64,000 nucleotides of DNA from Podarcis melisellensis (Eukaryota). The translations under genes and the position numbers were made by a program. The notes beneath the pieces are model-generated. The model did no database searches. It was not told where the DNA came from and was given only the letters and a program-made list of their open reading frames with translations. The stretch lies in NCBI GenBank assembly GCA_964234715.1, contig OZ174287.1, one strand, 5' to 3'. How positions within the stretch are numbered: position 1 is the stretch's first letter; each line of letters begins with the position of its first letter. Shown here piece by piece: positions 28,066-41,130 of this stretch.

Positions 28066-28140
28066 GACTACTGTAATACACTCTACATGGGGCTGCCTTT
28101 GAAAAATGTTCAGAACCTTCAGCTGCCCCAGAATGCTGTG
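28063..28140 (+). mobile_element. L2 ORF2 remnant (LDYCNTLYMGLPLKNVQNLQL)
   Basis: Translation resembles the LDYCN motif downstream of the L2/CR1-clade RT domain. Confidence 0.55.
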
Positions 28141-28190
28141 ATTCAGTGTAAGGCAGTTCATGTTCCTATATATGCACTACTACTTTCATG

Positions 28191-28366
28191 GAGGGCACAA
28201 GGAGAAGGGGACGGCAGAGGACGAGATGGTTGGATAGTGTTTTCGAGGTTACCAGCATGAGTTTGACCAAACTGCGGGAGGCAGTGGAGGACAGAGGTGC
28301 CTGGCGTTCTCTGGTCCATGGGGTCACGAAGAGTCGGACACGACTAAACGACTAAACAACAACAAC
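28191..28366 (+). mobile_element. Bov-B/RTE LINE 3' end (5'-truncated)
   Basis: ...gtccatggggtcacgaagagtcggacacgactaaacgactaaac(aac)n; 9-bp TSD actttcatg (28182-28190 / 28367-28375). Confidence 0.88.
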
Positions 28367-29120
28367 ACTTTCATGCAGCTCATTTCAACTGGGCTTGCGG
28401 CAAATGAACTTTCACATGAAACCATCTGTTAGGATGTGCACACATTATGTTTTGATCAGTCAGTTTTTACCTATAAGTTGCGCTATGGATTATAACATGC
28501 TAAAGACCCAGAGCTAAAATGAATGCAGTATCAAAAGTTGTTTTTTTCCAGATCTTGTACATACATCCCATGAGAAATGTCAAACCTTTCATGTTAGAAA
28601 CTTATAATTAGATGATGTATCTGACAATCATGGCACATAGCATGGGGCAGAGTAACATAAGCAAGGGAAGAGGTTAGAAAACATAGCAATACATTTATTA
28701 AATATATTAGCATACTCAGGCAAACATAAAGCATGTGGAACATCAGCAGCCTGCACTTATTTATGTTTACTCAGAAGGAAATTTCACCTCTCTTAATAGG
28801 TCTCCCCCACCCCACCCCCATGTAAGTGTGCACAGGATCACAGCCTACATCTTTCCCACAAATCTTTATTAAGGGAATTTCCCCCTTTTTTAAGCAAACT
28901 ACTGCGCTCCATTAGACCTAACACCGTCATGACGTACGAGCCATAACTGGCCAATCGGCGCTTGACGAAGAGCAAGGCGGGCGTCGGCCGGTTGAAAACG
29001 AGGGGAGGGGAGAGCTTGCTCTTGTTCCTGCGTCTTGGCTGTTGCGTGAGCACGTTGGTTACGCACGAACGTTACGTGCCTGAAGGCGGGCTGGGGCCTG
29101 GGAGAGGCCTGACCAGTCCA

Positions 29121-29152
29121 AGTCAGTCAGTCAGTCAGTCGAGTCAAGTCAG
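29121..29152. repeat. (AGTC)n tetranucleotide repeat in the KPNB1 promoter
   Basis: agtcagtcagtcagtcagtcgagtcaagtcag. Confidence 0.8.
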
Positions 29153-29671
29153 TGAATAAGGGAGCGAAACAGCTTCCCCTCAGGGAGGCTGCGTGTGAGA
29201 GGAGCGTGAGGGCTTTTTTTTTTTTTTTGCACGCACGCCCCCACCCACGCACGCCCTCGAGCTCTTTTGTTTTCCTCCTCCGGGTGAATTACTTCGCTTC
29301 ACCTCGCCGCGCGCGCGCTTTTTTTCGGTTTTTTTTTTTGAAACTCCCCTCTTCCTGTCCGTCCCCCGCCTCCTCCCCCTCGTCCTCTTCCGCCGCCACA
29401 AGGAGTTGTGTGTGTGGGGAGGGGGGGAGGGGAAGTAGTAGAGGAGAGGAGAGTCGTTTCCGCCGGGGGTGGGGCCACCCCGCCGCAGCTGAGGGAGAGA
29501 AGTAAAGAGCGCGAAGGGAGAGAGCGGCCGGCCGAGTGAGCGGGGACAGCGGCAGCAACAGCAGGCGGCGGCGGCGGCGGCGATCACCGACTCCGGTGCT
29601 CCCTTTCCCTCTCCCTCCCCCCCTCCGCCTCTCCTCCCCACCAGGCTCTCTCGCCTCACGCCGCCGCCAAC

Positions 29672-29711
29672 ATGGAGCTCATTACGATCTTGGAGAAGAC
29701 GGTCTCGCCAG
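29672..29711 (+). CDS. KPNB1: KPNB1 exon 1 CDS: MELITILEKTVSP(D)
   Basis: Strong Kozak context gccaacATGG; gtaaaa donor. Confidence 0.97.
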
Positions 29712-31273
29712 GTAAAAACGGGGAGAAGGAGGGCTGGGCGGAGGCAGGGGAGGCGGCATCCCGACAGGCCCCTCTCTCCATGGGGATGGGCGGGAGGCCA
29801 GGGGAGGGAAAACCAACTGCCTCCCCCCCCATATAGAATAATATGTGGGGGGTGGGTGCTATTTAAAGGTGGGTGGTCGAGGGGGAGAAAGGGGTGTCAA
29901 AGGAATGAATGGTCTCGGAAGGGAAAGGGAAGGCCACGGGGGGAGGGGGAAGCCGAGGATGCCGGGCGGTTGGAAAAGGGGCTCCTGCCTTCTAGTGTGG
30001 GCAGCGAAGAGGTACGGTTTTTTGGGGGGGTCAATGTTGGGGGAAGGACAAGGAAAGAATGGGTGGGTGGGGGGAGGTCAGTTAGTTGGATGGGTATTTC
30101 CGCCAGCCCCACTGAAGCGGTGGGCCGAGAGTCGGTGGGTGCCCAGGCAGAAAGCTTCATCTCCGCCCCTATGTTGGTTAGGGGGGTCCGTTGGGTGGCC
30201 TGAGTGGGTGAGGGGAGGGCGGGGGGATACGAGCGAACGGCCTCTGCGTCAAGGGGGCAGCGATGTGGGGCGGGGGGTCCTGTGCGAGGCGAGCATGGAG
30301 GCGCCTCTCGTGGCACGAGGGAGGGAGAAGGGAAGGGTGGGGTGGAAGCTGCCTCTGCGAAAGGCGCCTCGGCATATGGCTGTGGGGCAAGCCGCCTTTT
30401 CTGCTCCTCGTGTGCGAAGGGCGACGGGTCTCTCCCCCCCCCCCCGGATATGCTCGCTTAGAGGGGGGGGAGAGGGAATAAGTCTTGTGTGAATTGCGGG
30501 GTGGGTCGTGAGAGCGGGTCCCAGGCGGGGTCAGTAGAGGTCTGGATGTGAGATCAGGATCTCTTTGACACTCGGACTGAGATATAGCGCCGGGGGAACT
30601 TGCACACTTACATAAGAAAGCGGTCCATGTGCAGGCCGGCATTGGCCGAGGGTGGTCTTGTCTCTAGCCTGGGGTGCAGGCCCAAAGCGGAGAGGTGGGG
30701 TGGCAGCAAGAAGCGCCCCCGTGCTCAGAGCTGGCAGACTGGGGAAGTAGTCGCGGCCCAGCACATGTCGGGGGAAGTTGAATGCATCTCTCCTCTCCCC
30801 CACTCCCAAAATACGCTTCGATTTGGAGGGATGCGATCTCGGGTCTCCAGAAGCGGGACTCTCGGGTGATGCACACCGGACCCACTCGCTGTGTTGGGGA
30901 GGCGATCTCCCCGCTATCCCGCCTTTGGGGAGAGAATGTATCATTTCTTTCTCTCTCTCTCTCTCCGCCCCCCCCCCCGGCCCGCCGTGAATGGAACCGA
31001 GAAAGTGAATTTCCCAGTCATCTTGGGGTGCTTCTTGCTGATAGAAACGAAGTTTGACTAAGAGGAGAGAGAGCTCCCGAGGCCCTCAGTATCGGGAGGG
31101 GTCTGTTGCTGGACGCCTGGTAGGAATGTGAGCATGTGGGCGCTTCTAGATTGGTGTGGGGTGTCAGCGCCTTGATTCGAGCAGATGGGGGAGTTGCTGC
31201 TGAGCCGGAATTGGGGACCGCTACTGACACCCCCTCGTGTATGTCCCCCTCCCGTCCTCCTAATCCCCTGCAG

Positions 31274-31332
31274 ATTGCACCGAGCTTGAGGCAGCTCAGA
31301 AGTTCCTGGAACAGGCGGCCATCGAGAACCTG
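31274..31332 (+). CDS. KPNB1: KPNB1 exon 2: (D)CTELEAAQKFLEQAAIENL
   Basis: cctgcag / gtaaga; 59 nt. Confidence 0.96.
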
Positions 31333-34300
31333 GTAAGAGAAAAACCGGGCTTGGGCTGCCCTTGGGTGGGGTTTGGAAAAGCGAAATCCCCTTCCTGTGT
31401 ATGTTTTATTATTATTTTAAAAAAAAAGCTATAGCAGGCCGAACCGCCATAGAGGGGCGCAGCCTAACTGAAGGGTTTTTTTCTCTCTTTTTTTTCCTTT
31501 TTCTCTCTCGCTCTCTCTTTTTGGGGGGAGGGAGGGGGAAATGCAGGAGGCAGCCAATGGCAAGACTCCCGGGAGTCGCGCCACCCAATCGTGAGGGCGC
31601 GCCGGGCCCGCGGGAGGGAAAAGGAAGGGGAGGGCGATTTGGCTCTGCCGCGCTGCATGCATGGAGGGAAAGGCGGGGGGAGGAGGATGGATAGATGAGG
31701 CCTGCGGGGGCCGGCCATGTGGGGAAGCCGGCATGAGTAGCTAGCTAGATGCCGCCGGAGGAGGAGGAGGAGGCCGCCGCTTCATGAAACGGGCCAGTCC
31801 GCCTAAGTGCTCGTAGGCGGGCCTACCTTAGGTTTCGTTTTTCCCTACTGGCTCCCCTCCCTAATTTTAGGGCTTGCCATGCTGGGCCTCCGAACCTCTC
31901 TGCATTTTCCTTTCCGTTTCCATTCTTTTACAACTCCACCCCATAGCCCTATTCTTAAAACGTCTCCCTTGAATTTGCAAGCTTTATAAATAATATTTTC
32001 CTCGTTTTCTTCGAGACTCTTTTTTGAAATCTGTTGTTGGTCTGTCTCTTAATGCCCTCAGCACATTTTTTCAGTTTCTAAAACTTTGTGAAATAGTAAT
32101 TCATTTCTGTATGCAAAAGCCTTGCTTAAGAAGGCAAGTAGGGATACACTGTAAAAGGGGACACAGCCAAGTGGGTGTCCTGAGTATGTCACCCACTAAA
32201 CTAATGTAGAATGCAGCTTAGGTTATGTACTTGAACTGACAGCACATAAAGCAGTGAAGAAAAATTCAGTTCACTGTATATTCTAGAAAGTAGGAGAGGA
32301 GAAATGGGTAACTGAAGCCTTTTATTGGATCAATTTAAGATGAGTGTATTGAGTTTAGCAGTTGATCTCCACGCTGAATGGAAAGGTGATTGACATTGCC
32401 TAGATTATTTGTTTTAATAAAGGCAAATGAGCCTGTGTTTCAGATGATGGACTACTTAGACATGCATACATATTTAGGAAAGATTGTTCAACATACATTG
32501 AAATCAGTAGTAGCATGTCCTAATTAGTTATTAGACAGGTATTACTGAGGTAGTGTTGCACGTTACATTCATTATTTGAGAGAACCTTTAAATGGCTCTT
32601 CATAACTAACATGTCTTGGGCCCCTGCCTTTAAAATCTGTGGGAATACTCTTGAGGCTTTGGGTTGACTCCAGCAATCTTGGAGGCTTTCAGAGAAGTAT
32701 CGTTTCTGAATTGCATATTATGTGTTGCATTGGCATTGTTGGGCAGGTGAATAACTTACTTGGCTTCAGGTGACAAGCTGTATTCTAATTTCCATATAGG
32801 TGCTTACCTGAATCCTCCACCCCATCCACCCTGTTTCTATTTAATTTGCAGGGTCATGTTCTGTAGGTTGCTTTGCACTGAAATATTTGATGTTAATACA
32901 TACTTGCTATTTTTAGAGGTCATGCTGTACTTTTTCTACACTGTAACAGTGAAATAGAAATAAAAGGAGTAAAGACAAAGGGAACATTCGTATGTGTGTT
33001 ACCTGAGCAGTGTCTTCCCGCCACCCAGTAGCGTTTCTGTGAATAGCCTAACTGTTGCTTCTCTTGAAAGTTAAGCAACAGAGGGACTTTGAGATGTTCT
33101 AGTATGGTTTCATACACTACCTGTGGATAGACAGACAATGTTCTTCTTGGGGTTAAAGCTCATGAGTTATAAAGAAGCAAGAATGTTCATGTGTAAGGTA
33201 ATCTGCACCAAAATGTTCCTTTAGTGCTATGCTGATGTACTTCTTGTGCTGTGTAACGAATGCCCTTGGCCCTGAAGATCTTGCATGTTTTAAATTAATG
33301 TTAAAGGTAACATTAACTATGTAAGACCCATTGCCTAGCTATCTCCCTGTCTTGCCACAATGTTTTGGTTAAGGTGCAGCCCCCTTCCAATCAAAGCATC
33401 ATATTTTAAAAATTTACCACCCTCATTCAAAAGTGTATACAAGGTATCCCATTCTATTCTCACAGTATATTTGAGATACCTGGGGTTGAGGGACAGTGGT
33501 TGGCCCAAGACCAACTGGTGAGCTTTATGACTGTGTGGATTTGAAACTGGGTTTCTCAATTCAGTGTCTAGTGTATTATTTGCTGCACCATACTTGTTCT
33601 TACTGTGAGTCCTGCAAAGAGCTGAAAAATATTTGCAGGTCATATGTGCAAAGTGCACAGATTTTAAGTGACCTAGGTCTAGGTGATTAGGAGCCAGCTT
33701 TGCCACAAATAGAAATAAGTTAATAATTGAGTGCTATCACAACTTTTAGACATCAGTGACATTCCCCTAGTGTCTGTGAATTGAGCATAGACTTAAAACC
33801 TTGTGTGTTAGAGATGGGAAGGACATCTTATGAGATAAAACACAGGATTTCCAATCAAATAGTGCTTTCAGAACTTGTTTTGTCAAGGCAGTTTGTAGCT
33901 CTGGCCTTACTTGCACTCCCTGAGGTGAATTCCTGTGATGAAGTACTTTAGGATTGTTTTAAGTTTTCTTCCTGGACTGCCATTTACCAGTATAACATTC
34001 GCTGCCCCTTGAATTCAGAGTTCCACACTCTGCATAAAATGCAGTGTGATTTTATTTTTTAGGACTGGGTGGAGGAGGATCAGGAGATTGCTGCACAGCA
34101 GAGAGCAGGACTGAGTCAGGTTCTACAATACACGGTTAAATGCATCCTAACCTTAATTTACCCCTCTATAGATCAGCTTCATTGCAAAATTGCAACCATC
34201 CCTCTTCACCTAAGCTCTCTAAAGTTATCCTTTTCAGCCATATATACACTTACCCAAGTTGCTTTCTATCTACTCACTTGTCAACTGCTCAGAGTTTTCT

Positions 34301-37123
34301 CTCATATTGTGTATGAGAGAGGTGAATTGCCATAAGCATTCCATAACCCTGTGTAGTCCAAATGGGAGGTGCATGTGTGACGTGTGGACCGCATGTCTAG
34401 ACTTGCTTCCTGTACCACCCGTGTTCAGGCTAAGGAAGTTCATACTGGGTGGATTGAAGGGCAGGGTATAAGGCAGAGTTTGGCAATATTTTGTGGCCTG
34501 TGGGCATATTTGGAAACAGGAGAAATTCTCATAGGCAACAAACACATGCCACAGCCGAAAACACACAACATCATCTATTGGCTACAACAGAATGCTGCTT
34601 TTGTGCCTAATTTCACTGGGGGGGTGTGTTTACCCTGTGGGTGCCAGCCCATGTGTGTGCACATGTGCAACTGCAGGAACCACATTAGTGACCCTTGATA
34701 CGTGAGATCGTGTAAGAGCATCTTGAGCTGGTGTAGGATGAGGGAAATTGGTTGAAAGATGGAGGACGGATTGGGATTCTACAGGAAAGCTGAGAAAAAT
34801 TCTAACGTTGCTGTTTAGGGACCAGCCGTGGATAGAGTATGGGGGCGGAGAGGCTGAGATATGAATAATGCCCATGGGGATTTGTATTTGTTTTTCCTTT
34901 AAACAGATACCCTCCAAGCTGCATAACAAGTCACTTTTTGAAAGTGAGGAAACTTCCAAAAGCAGTTAGTAATATGTCATGGGTTTGTATGTAATTTCCA
35001 TATAAAGAAAGTAAAAAAATTATAATATGCAGCCCCAATCCCTCAAGCGCTCTGGAATACTGACAAGTCTGTGATTCCTAGACACCAGTACCAAGCTTTC
35101 AGGTGTCAATATACTAAGATTCCTGGATCTTTGTGACCTGGCTATGCTCCTCCATCAAACTGGCCTGAGGATGTGCCTTAAGTAAGCATTGCAGTTTGTG
35201 CCATTGGATGTTCAACCACCCACCCTGTGCTGTCCCACCGTCTGCACATCCAAACTGGGTAAATAAAACTTGACGAATATCCAAACTCTACAACCTACCC
35301 TTTACCATTTGCTGTTTTTCTTTTCATGATTTCTCTTCAGCCATCCATTACTAGTCTGCCAGTGCACTCCAGTGTCACTGAAAATAAAGGGGGATTTAAA
35401 TCTGTCAAGTGCTTTTGAGCAAATTGCAGTTTAACACCCATCCTGGTTTGTTGCTAGAATTTTATAGAGCCATCATAGTTGAATGTTGGCTAAATATTTC
35501 CCAGTTCGTTCATCATATTAACACATGAAGACCTTTGGGTGACAGTTTCCTAATTAGGATATCATGTTCGAACATGCAGAACAACTCCTGTGTCCTTCGC
35601 CAAATTGACTGCTTTAAAAACCACTGCTAGCTACTTCTAGGATTTAGTTTGAAGTCACATTTCTTTTACAGCAGGGCAGTCAGCACTGAGATGTCTGGAA
35701 AAGCCCATGAGTCAAAAAGGACACAATTGGTAGTAACTTTGTGTACTTGCATAGGGTGGAAATGCTATTGATACTCAGTGTAGCTGCACTGAAGATAGTT
35801 AGCATGACTAATATTAGTTTCAGTAGGTCTATCTTGAATAGGACCTGGTTGGATACCACACATTCATTTGCCTACCGTAAAGATCATGTGCAAAACAACA
35901 GTTGATGGATATGATGTAATTACCTTCTTCTTCTGTTGGTATTATTATTAATGCCTTAATTATACTGACTTGAGGGTATAAATTTTGACTCTGTATCATG
36001 AGTATTAAGAAGTAATTGTGGATTTGCTTAGTTGCTATCTACTATGCAGACCCAGGGGTGGGGAACTTCCTGCCTAGGTCTGTCAGGCCTCCCCATTTGT
36101 TCTGCAAGGCTGTTATGGCCAAGCCACACCCATTTGCTCTGAATCGGTGTGGGGCAGGTAAAGATGTAGCTGGACTGGAAGGTGGAGTGCAAGCACTGAC
36201 CATCTGCTGATTGGTGACACCTGCAATACCTGAGCACACTGCTTTGCAGGCTCATCGGAACTTGGAAAGCACAGTGCTTTTGCCAGCATGGTTTAAATTC
36301 ACATTGCACGGGCAAAAAGAGGTCACCTGACTGCATTGTGACTTCAGGTGATGGATAGCTCCAGTTCCCCATCCCTGATGTAAACGGCTTATGCCCACCT
36401 TCTCCTGCAACCCTGTTACAATCCTGTTGTACAACCTTGTAGGAAATTCTGCATATTTGGGTTGAGTTTTAGTAGTCTAGTCCTAAAAGAATCTGCTTAG
36501 CAACTCAAGGAGAGAACTGGAATTGGGATGGTTCTGCCATATAGCAGAATGTAGCAACTTGTTTCAGGTAGTATCAAGAAGTGGAATAGACAGCAGTGTC
36601 TGAATGCTGCAACAAGCCGCCTTAAAATGTTGGCCCTACTAGGGTGGAGTGAAATGAGGATTGTTCCATTTTGGCTCAATGGTCATACATACTATCTCAG
36701 CAATGGTGAAATCAGAAAATAAATTTCCATGCAATAGAGTATGACACTTGAGAGATATATTCAAATACAGTATGAGCTTGAGCATGGAATCATTGACTGA
36801 CTTTCAGCAGGTTGCTGTGTGTCAGTTCTTAATCTATAAGGTAGGAGTAACCAGAGGTTGCTTGCACTATTCGTTTCACAGTTATATAAATCACTACTAA
36901 GAAGGACTAAACATGTATTATATTACATATTGAGGTGTGTATGTACTTTCAGCTTGGGAAAGGTAAGATTCTTCCATTCTGGTTTTTGACCCTTAAATTC
37001 AACTGTAAATGCTATCTCATTCATGCAAAGGTTAGAGATGAGGCGTAACTATTGCTTCACTCAAGGAAAGATGCAAGCTAGCTTCAGTTACTGAATTGTA
37101 TTTACCTCTCTTTTTTTGGCCAG

Positions 37124-37306
37124 CCCACTTTCCTTGTGGAACTGTCCAGAGTGCTGGCAAACCCAGGGAACAGCCAGGTTGCCAGAGTTGCAGCTGGTTT
37201 GCAGATCAAGAACTCTCTGACATCTAAAGACCCTGATGTTAAGGCCCAGCACCAGCAGAGATGGCTTGCAATCGATGCCAATGCTCGTCGAGAAGTCAAG
37301 AATTAT
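37124..37306 (+). CDS. KPNB1: KPNB1 exon 3: [22 protein letters not shown]...ARREVKNY
   Basis: tggccag / gtacgt; 183 nt. Confidence 0.97.
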
Positions 37307-37592
37307 GTACGTAAAAATTACAGCATTTTTGCTTTTCTTCCCAGTTGTGTTTGTTCAACCACCCTGTTATTCTATAGTGAATGCAGATCATGCATCTACA
37401 TCTGTGTTTTGAGACCTTGCTTCTCAGTTTACTTTTCTCTTGTTTATTTCAAGTCAAAGAATCTGTTTGGTCTCTGGCGTGTGAGATTGTTTTCTCAGCT
37501 TAAAGAGATTTCTTACGGTGACCTCTGGGATCCTATAATAAAATTGAAAGTCCCATGCCCAGAAGTTCTGTGTGATCTAGTAATATAGCTGA

Positions 37593-37883
<291 letters not shown>

Positions 37884-38216
37884 TGAGTCTGCTGTGCTAA
37901 AATCTGCTGCTTTCCCCCCCTGCACCTGCTCCTGCTCTGCTCCTCTGCTCTTTAGTGGCTTAATTTGAATCTGAACTGCCACTCGGTGGGCTCATCCCCC
38001 AAATCAGTTATGTTGTGTGTCTGCCACTTTGTCACACCAAGGTAAAAACTAATCTGTTGAACGTGGTATCTGTGTTCTACAATTTCATGAAGGAAAGCTC
38101 TTACAGAAAGTGTGTGTAGATGTGAATGTGTGCCAACAGAGGGAAGACTGCTGTGGGGGGTGGGGTTCTCATTTCTTTTTTTCTTCTTCACTTCCATCAC
38201 CACCATGCCTACTGCT

Positions 38217-38463
38217 AGAGCCAGTGTGGTGTAGTGGTTAAGAGTGGTAGTCTTGTAATCTGGGGAACCGGGTTCACGTCTCCGCTCTTCCACATGCAGC
38301 TGCTGGGTGACTTGGGCCAGTCACACTTCTTTGAAGTCTCTCAGCCCCACTCACCTCACAGAGTGTTTGTTGTGGGGGAGGAAGGGAAAGGAGAATGTTA
38401 GCCGCTTTGAGACTCCTGAAGGGGAGTGAAAGGCGGGATATCAAATCCAAACTCTTCTCTTCT
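38217..38463 (+). mobile_element. tRNA/CORE SINE with L2-like tail (Squam3-like)
   Basis: A box tggtgtagtgg, B-box-like ggttcacgtctcc, CORE-like tgggtgacttgggccagtca, tail ...atcaaatccaaactcttctcttct. Confidence 0.85.
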
Positions 38464-38811
38464 GTTGCACTGGTCCTCTTGCCACAAATTTCTTCTTGTT
38501 CCTTTTCCTCTGCTGCGCCACTGTTCTTCAAGGAAAAAATGCTCTGTTCTGGGAACCTAAATGTTTGAGGACTTTCGCTTGTGTTCCCTACAAGATCAGG
38601 CATGCTGCTGACCCAAAGTAACTAGATGCATTTGTTATGGAGAAAGAGGCATGCATATATTCTGTACTTGCATGGAACATCTGTCCCTGTAGGTTAGAAG
38701 TCGTAAGTGAATTGGGTGCTTAGCTGTTCTGCGAGATACCTCCATGCTGGTTGTGATCTGGCAAAGAATCTCCTCTTGACATTTTTTGCTTATTTTGATT
38801 CCTGTTTTTAG

Positions 38812-39018
<207 letters not shown>

Positions 39019-39036
39019 TAATGGGACATGAGAAAT

Positions 39037-39114
39037 AAATCCATGGTCCGTGATGAGAAACCATGCACCACTCTGAGTTTTGATGCATTCCCATTTCTGC
39101 TGAGACTTGGATTT
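39037..39114 (+). ncRNA. Intronic box C/D snoRNA, copy A (KPNB1 intron 5); predicted guide for 18S rRNA Gm1328-equivalent methylation
   Basis: C box GTGATGA 39050-39056; guide CCATGCACCAC 39061-39071; D' CTGA 39073-39076; C' TTGATGC 39080-39086; D CTGA 39100-39103; terminal stem aaatcca..ggtc / gact..tggattt. Confidence 0.85.
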
Positions 39115-40450
39115 ATGTGTTAGCAGCCAGTTATGAGAAGCATAATCCTATTGCAGTGGTGAAGAGTGAATACTAAATCAACTAAAATTGTAACTCTCAA
39201 ATAATCCTGTGAATTTTAACTGATATGCACTCTAGGAGGCACTCTAGGAACTCTGTAAAAGAGTTTTGCAGCTTGTAAGCTAGCACCTCCTTCCATGCCC
39301 TTGATGGAGATCACTTCAGTACATAGGGAGCAAAGCAGTCTCTTGGGTATGCAGGGCCTGCAATTTGCTTCCTAAGCAGTCTGTGCTCTGAAGCCTAGTT
39401 TGTGTGTTCTTCTCCATCTTGGGGTGTGATACTGCCTGTGGGTGAATTCCTTTGTCTGAATTTGCTTCATAACTATTTCTCAGGCATTGCCAGTGTATTT
39501 CAGGCAAGAGCTATGTTTTAGCATTTTTGGAAAAGTAGTGCAGACCAGCTTATCAGTCAGTACAGGCAATGTCATCCCTGTCCTGAGCCTTTGGAAACCA
39601 TTAAAGCTGTCTCTGGAATGGTGATTGCAGGGGCTAGGTTTTAGGGTTTCCCCCCTTTTAATTGGTTGAGGCATGGAAGGAAGCTCTCAGGTAGCCTAAA
39701 TGCAGATCTGTAATCCTTGCCTCTTCAATGTAGAGGCTTTCGGAAAGAACGAGAGAACCTCTCCGTATGGGTACAAATCATTTATTTCAGTTTTCTACAC
39801 CTGAGGAATAATTGCTGAAGTAATCTTCCTTACCTTTTGGTATCTAACTTTACCAGAAAACGTAAAGATTAAGAATTAAACTACTTAATTAGCCGCTTAA
39901 AAAATAGAAATAACTGCAGTGTTCTAGGAAGACAATTGGGGTTTTTTAAATCTTGCAGAGTCAGTTGGTACTTAGTAGTCTAACCCTTTTCTATTTTGTG
40001 AAAATGAGAAGTCCTGTTTTTAACAAGTCTTAGTTTTAAAAAACTTATTTCTAGCCTATTATATTAAAAAACTCAAATAATTACTGGGAAAAGAAACCAG
40101 AATGACCAAATGTCGGAGGCTACCTTTTCACGTGGAAAGCAGAGTGATGAAACCCTGATTTGCTTTATATCCTGCAGTTTTTTAATCTGGTCCTTGACTT
40201 AAATGAACACAAGTCAAAACATATTTGATCATGATACCCTCAGCTTTCTTTTTGTATAAGCATATTGCGTATAGGTGACAATAGTGGCTGACCTGTTTGT
40301 CAAAGCTGTCGTTAGGAAGAGGCAATAATTTATGCCCTAAGCATGCAAGAGTTTGAGCCTTTTCTGACCATTGTCCATGCTTCACTGCTGGGTTGCCCAT
40401 ATATTGTGAACCACAGCTGGCAAGAAAAACTGAAATTGTCAGTGTTGTAG

Positions 40451-40618
<168 letters not shown>

Positions 40619-41130
40619 TAAGTCCTAAACTGTTGTCAATAGTAACTGATAGTAGTTCTGGTCAGTGTTCAAAACTCCCACTGCTCTAGGTGCATTTTGC
40701 GACAGGGAATTTCATTAGCATGAGCAGTTTCTGAGCTATGGGCGCAGTACCACGCCTAAGATTTCAGATTAACACTGCAGAGTGGAAGGAAAAGAGGACC
40801 TTTTTCTGCCTGCCCACTTTCAGCTACTCTCTGAAGACTGGAGAAGAGACCCTCTTAAGAATATTAGGGGGGTGGGCAGGGGTAGGACTAGATCATGTGA
40901 AAAATGAACATAATATTTTAGCTGCCGTTCATTCATTTTCAACTTTGTATTCTTGTTATAAAAAAGCATGCCTAGACACTCTGTTGTTGCCCCTATAACC
41001 TAGGTTTAAGGTGCCATTTAGCTCCTAGCTTTCATATCTCAGTTTCTAGCCCTGGTCCTGCTATTATGGAACTAGTCAGAGCATACTTTTTTCTCCAAAA
41101 CGAGCATGAGAAATGTCTTTAAATAATCCT

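Larger units (their letters stand above)
28900..31900. promoter_or_regulatory. CpG island / promoter of KPNB1 (covers exon 1, intron 1 and exon 2)
   Basis: Abrupt rise in GC and CpG density against the CpG-poor flanks. CCAAT at 28951-28955, CRE-like TGACGTA at 28930-28936, CHR-like TTTGAA at 29337-29342, GC boxes. Confidence 0.88.

Noticed and set aside
29152-31734. Many long overlapping ORFs (up to 215 aa) on both strands
   Set aside because: Low-complexity Gly/Arg/Pro translations expected from stop-poor CpG-island DNA; no recognisable domain.
40144-40200. GTGATGA...CTGA in KPNB1 intron 5
   Set aside because: The boxes are only 4 nt apart, with no distal D box or stem.
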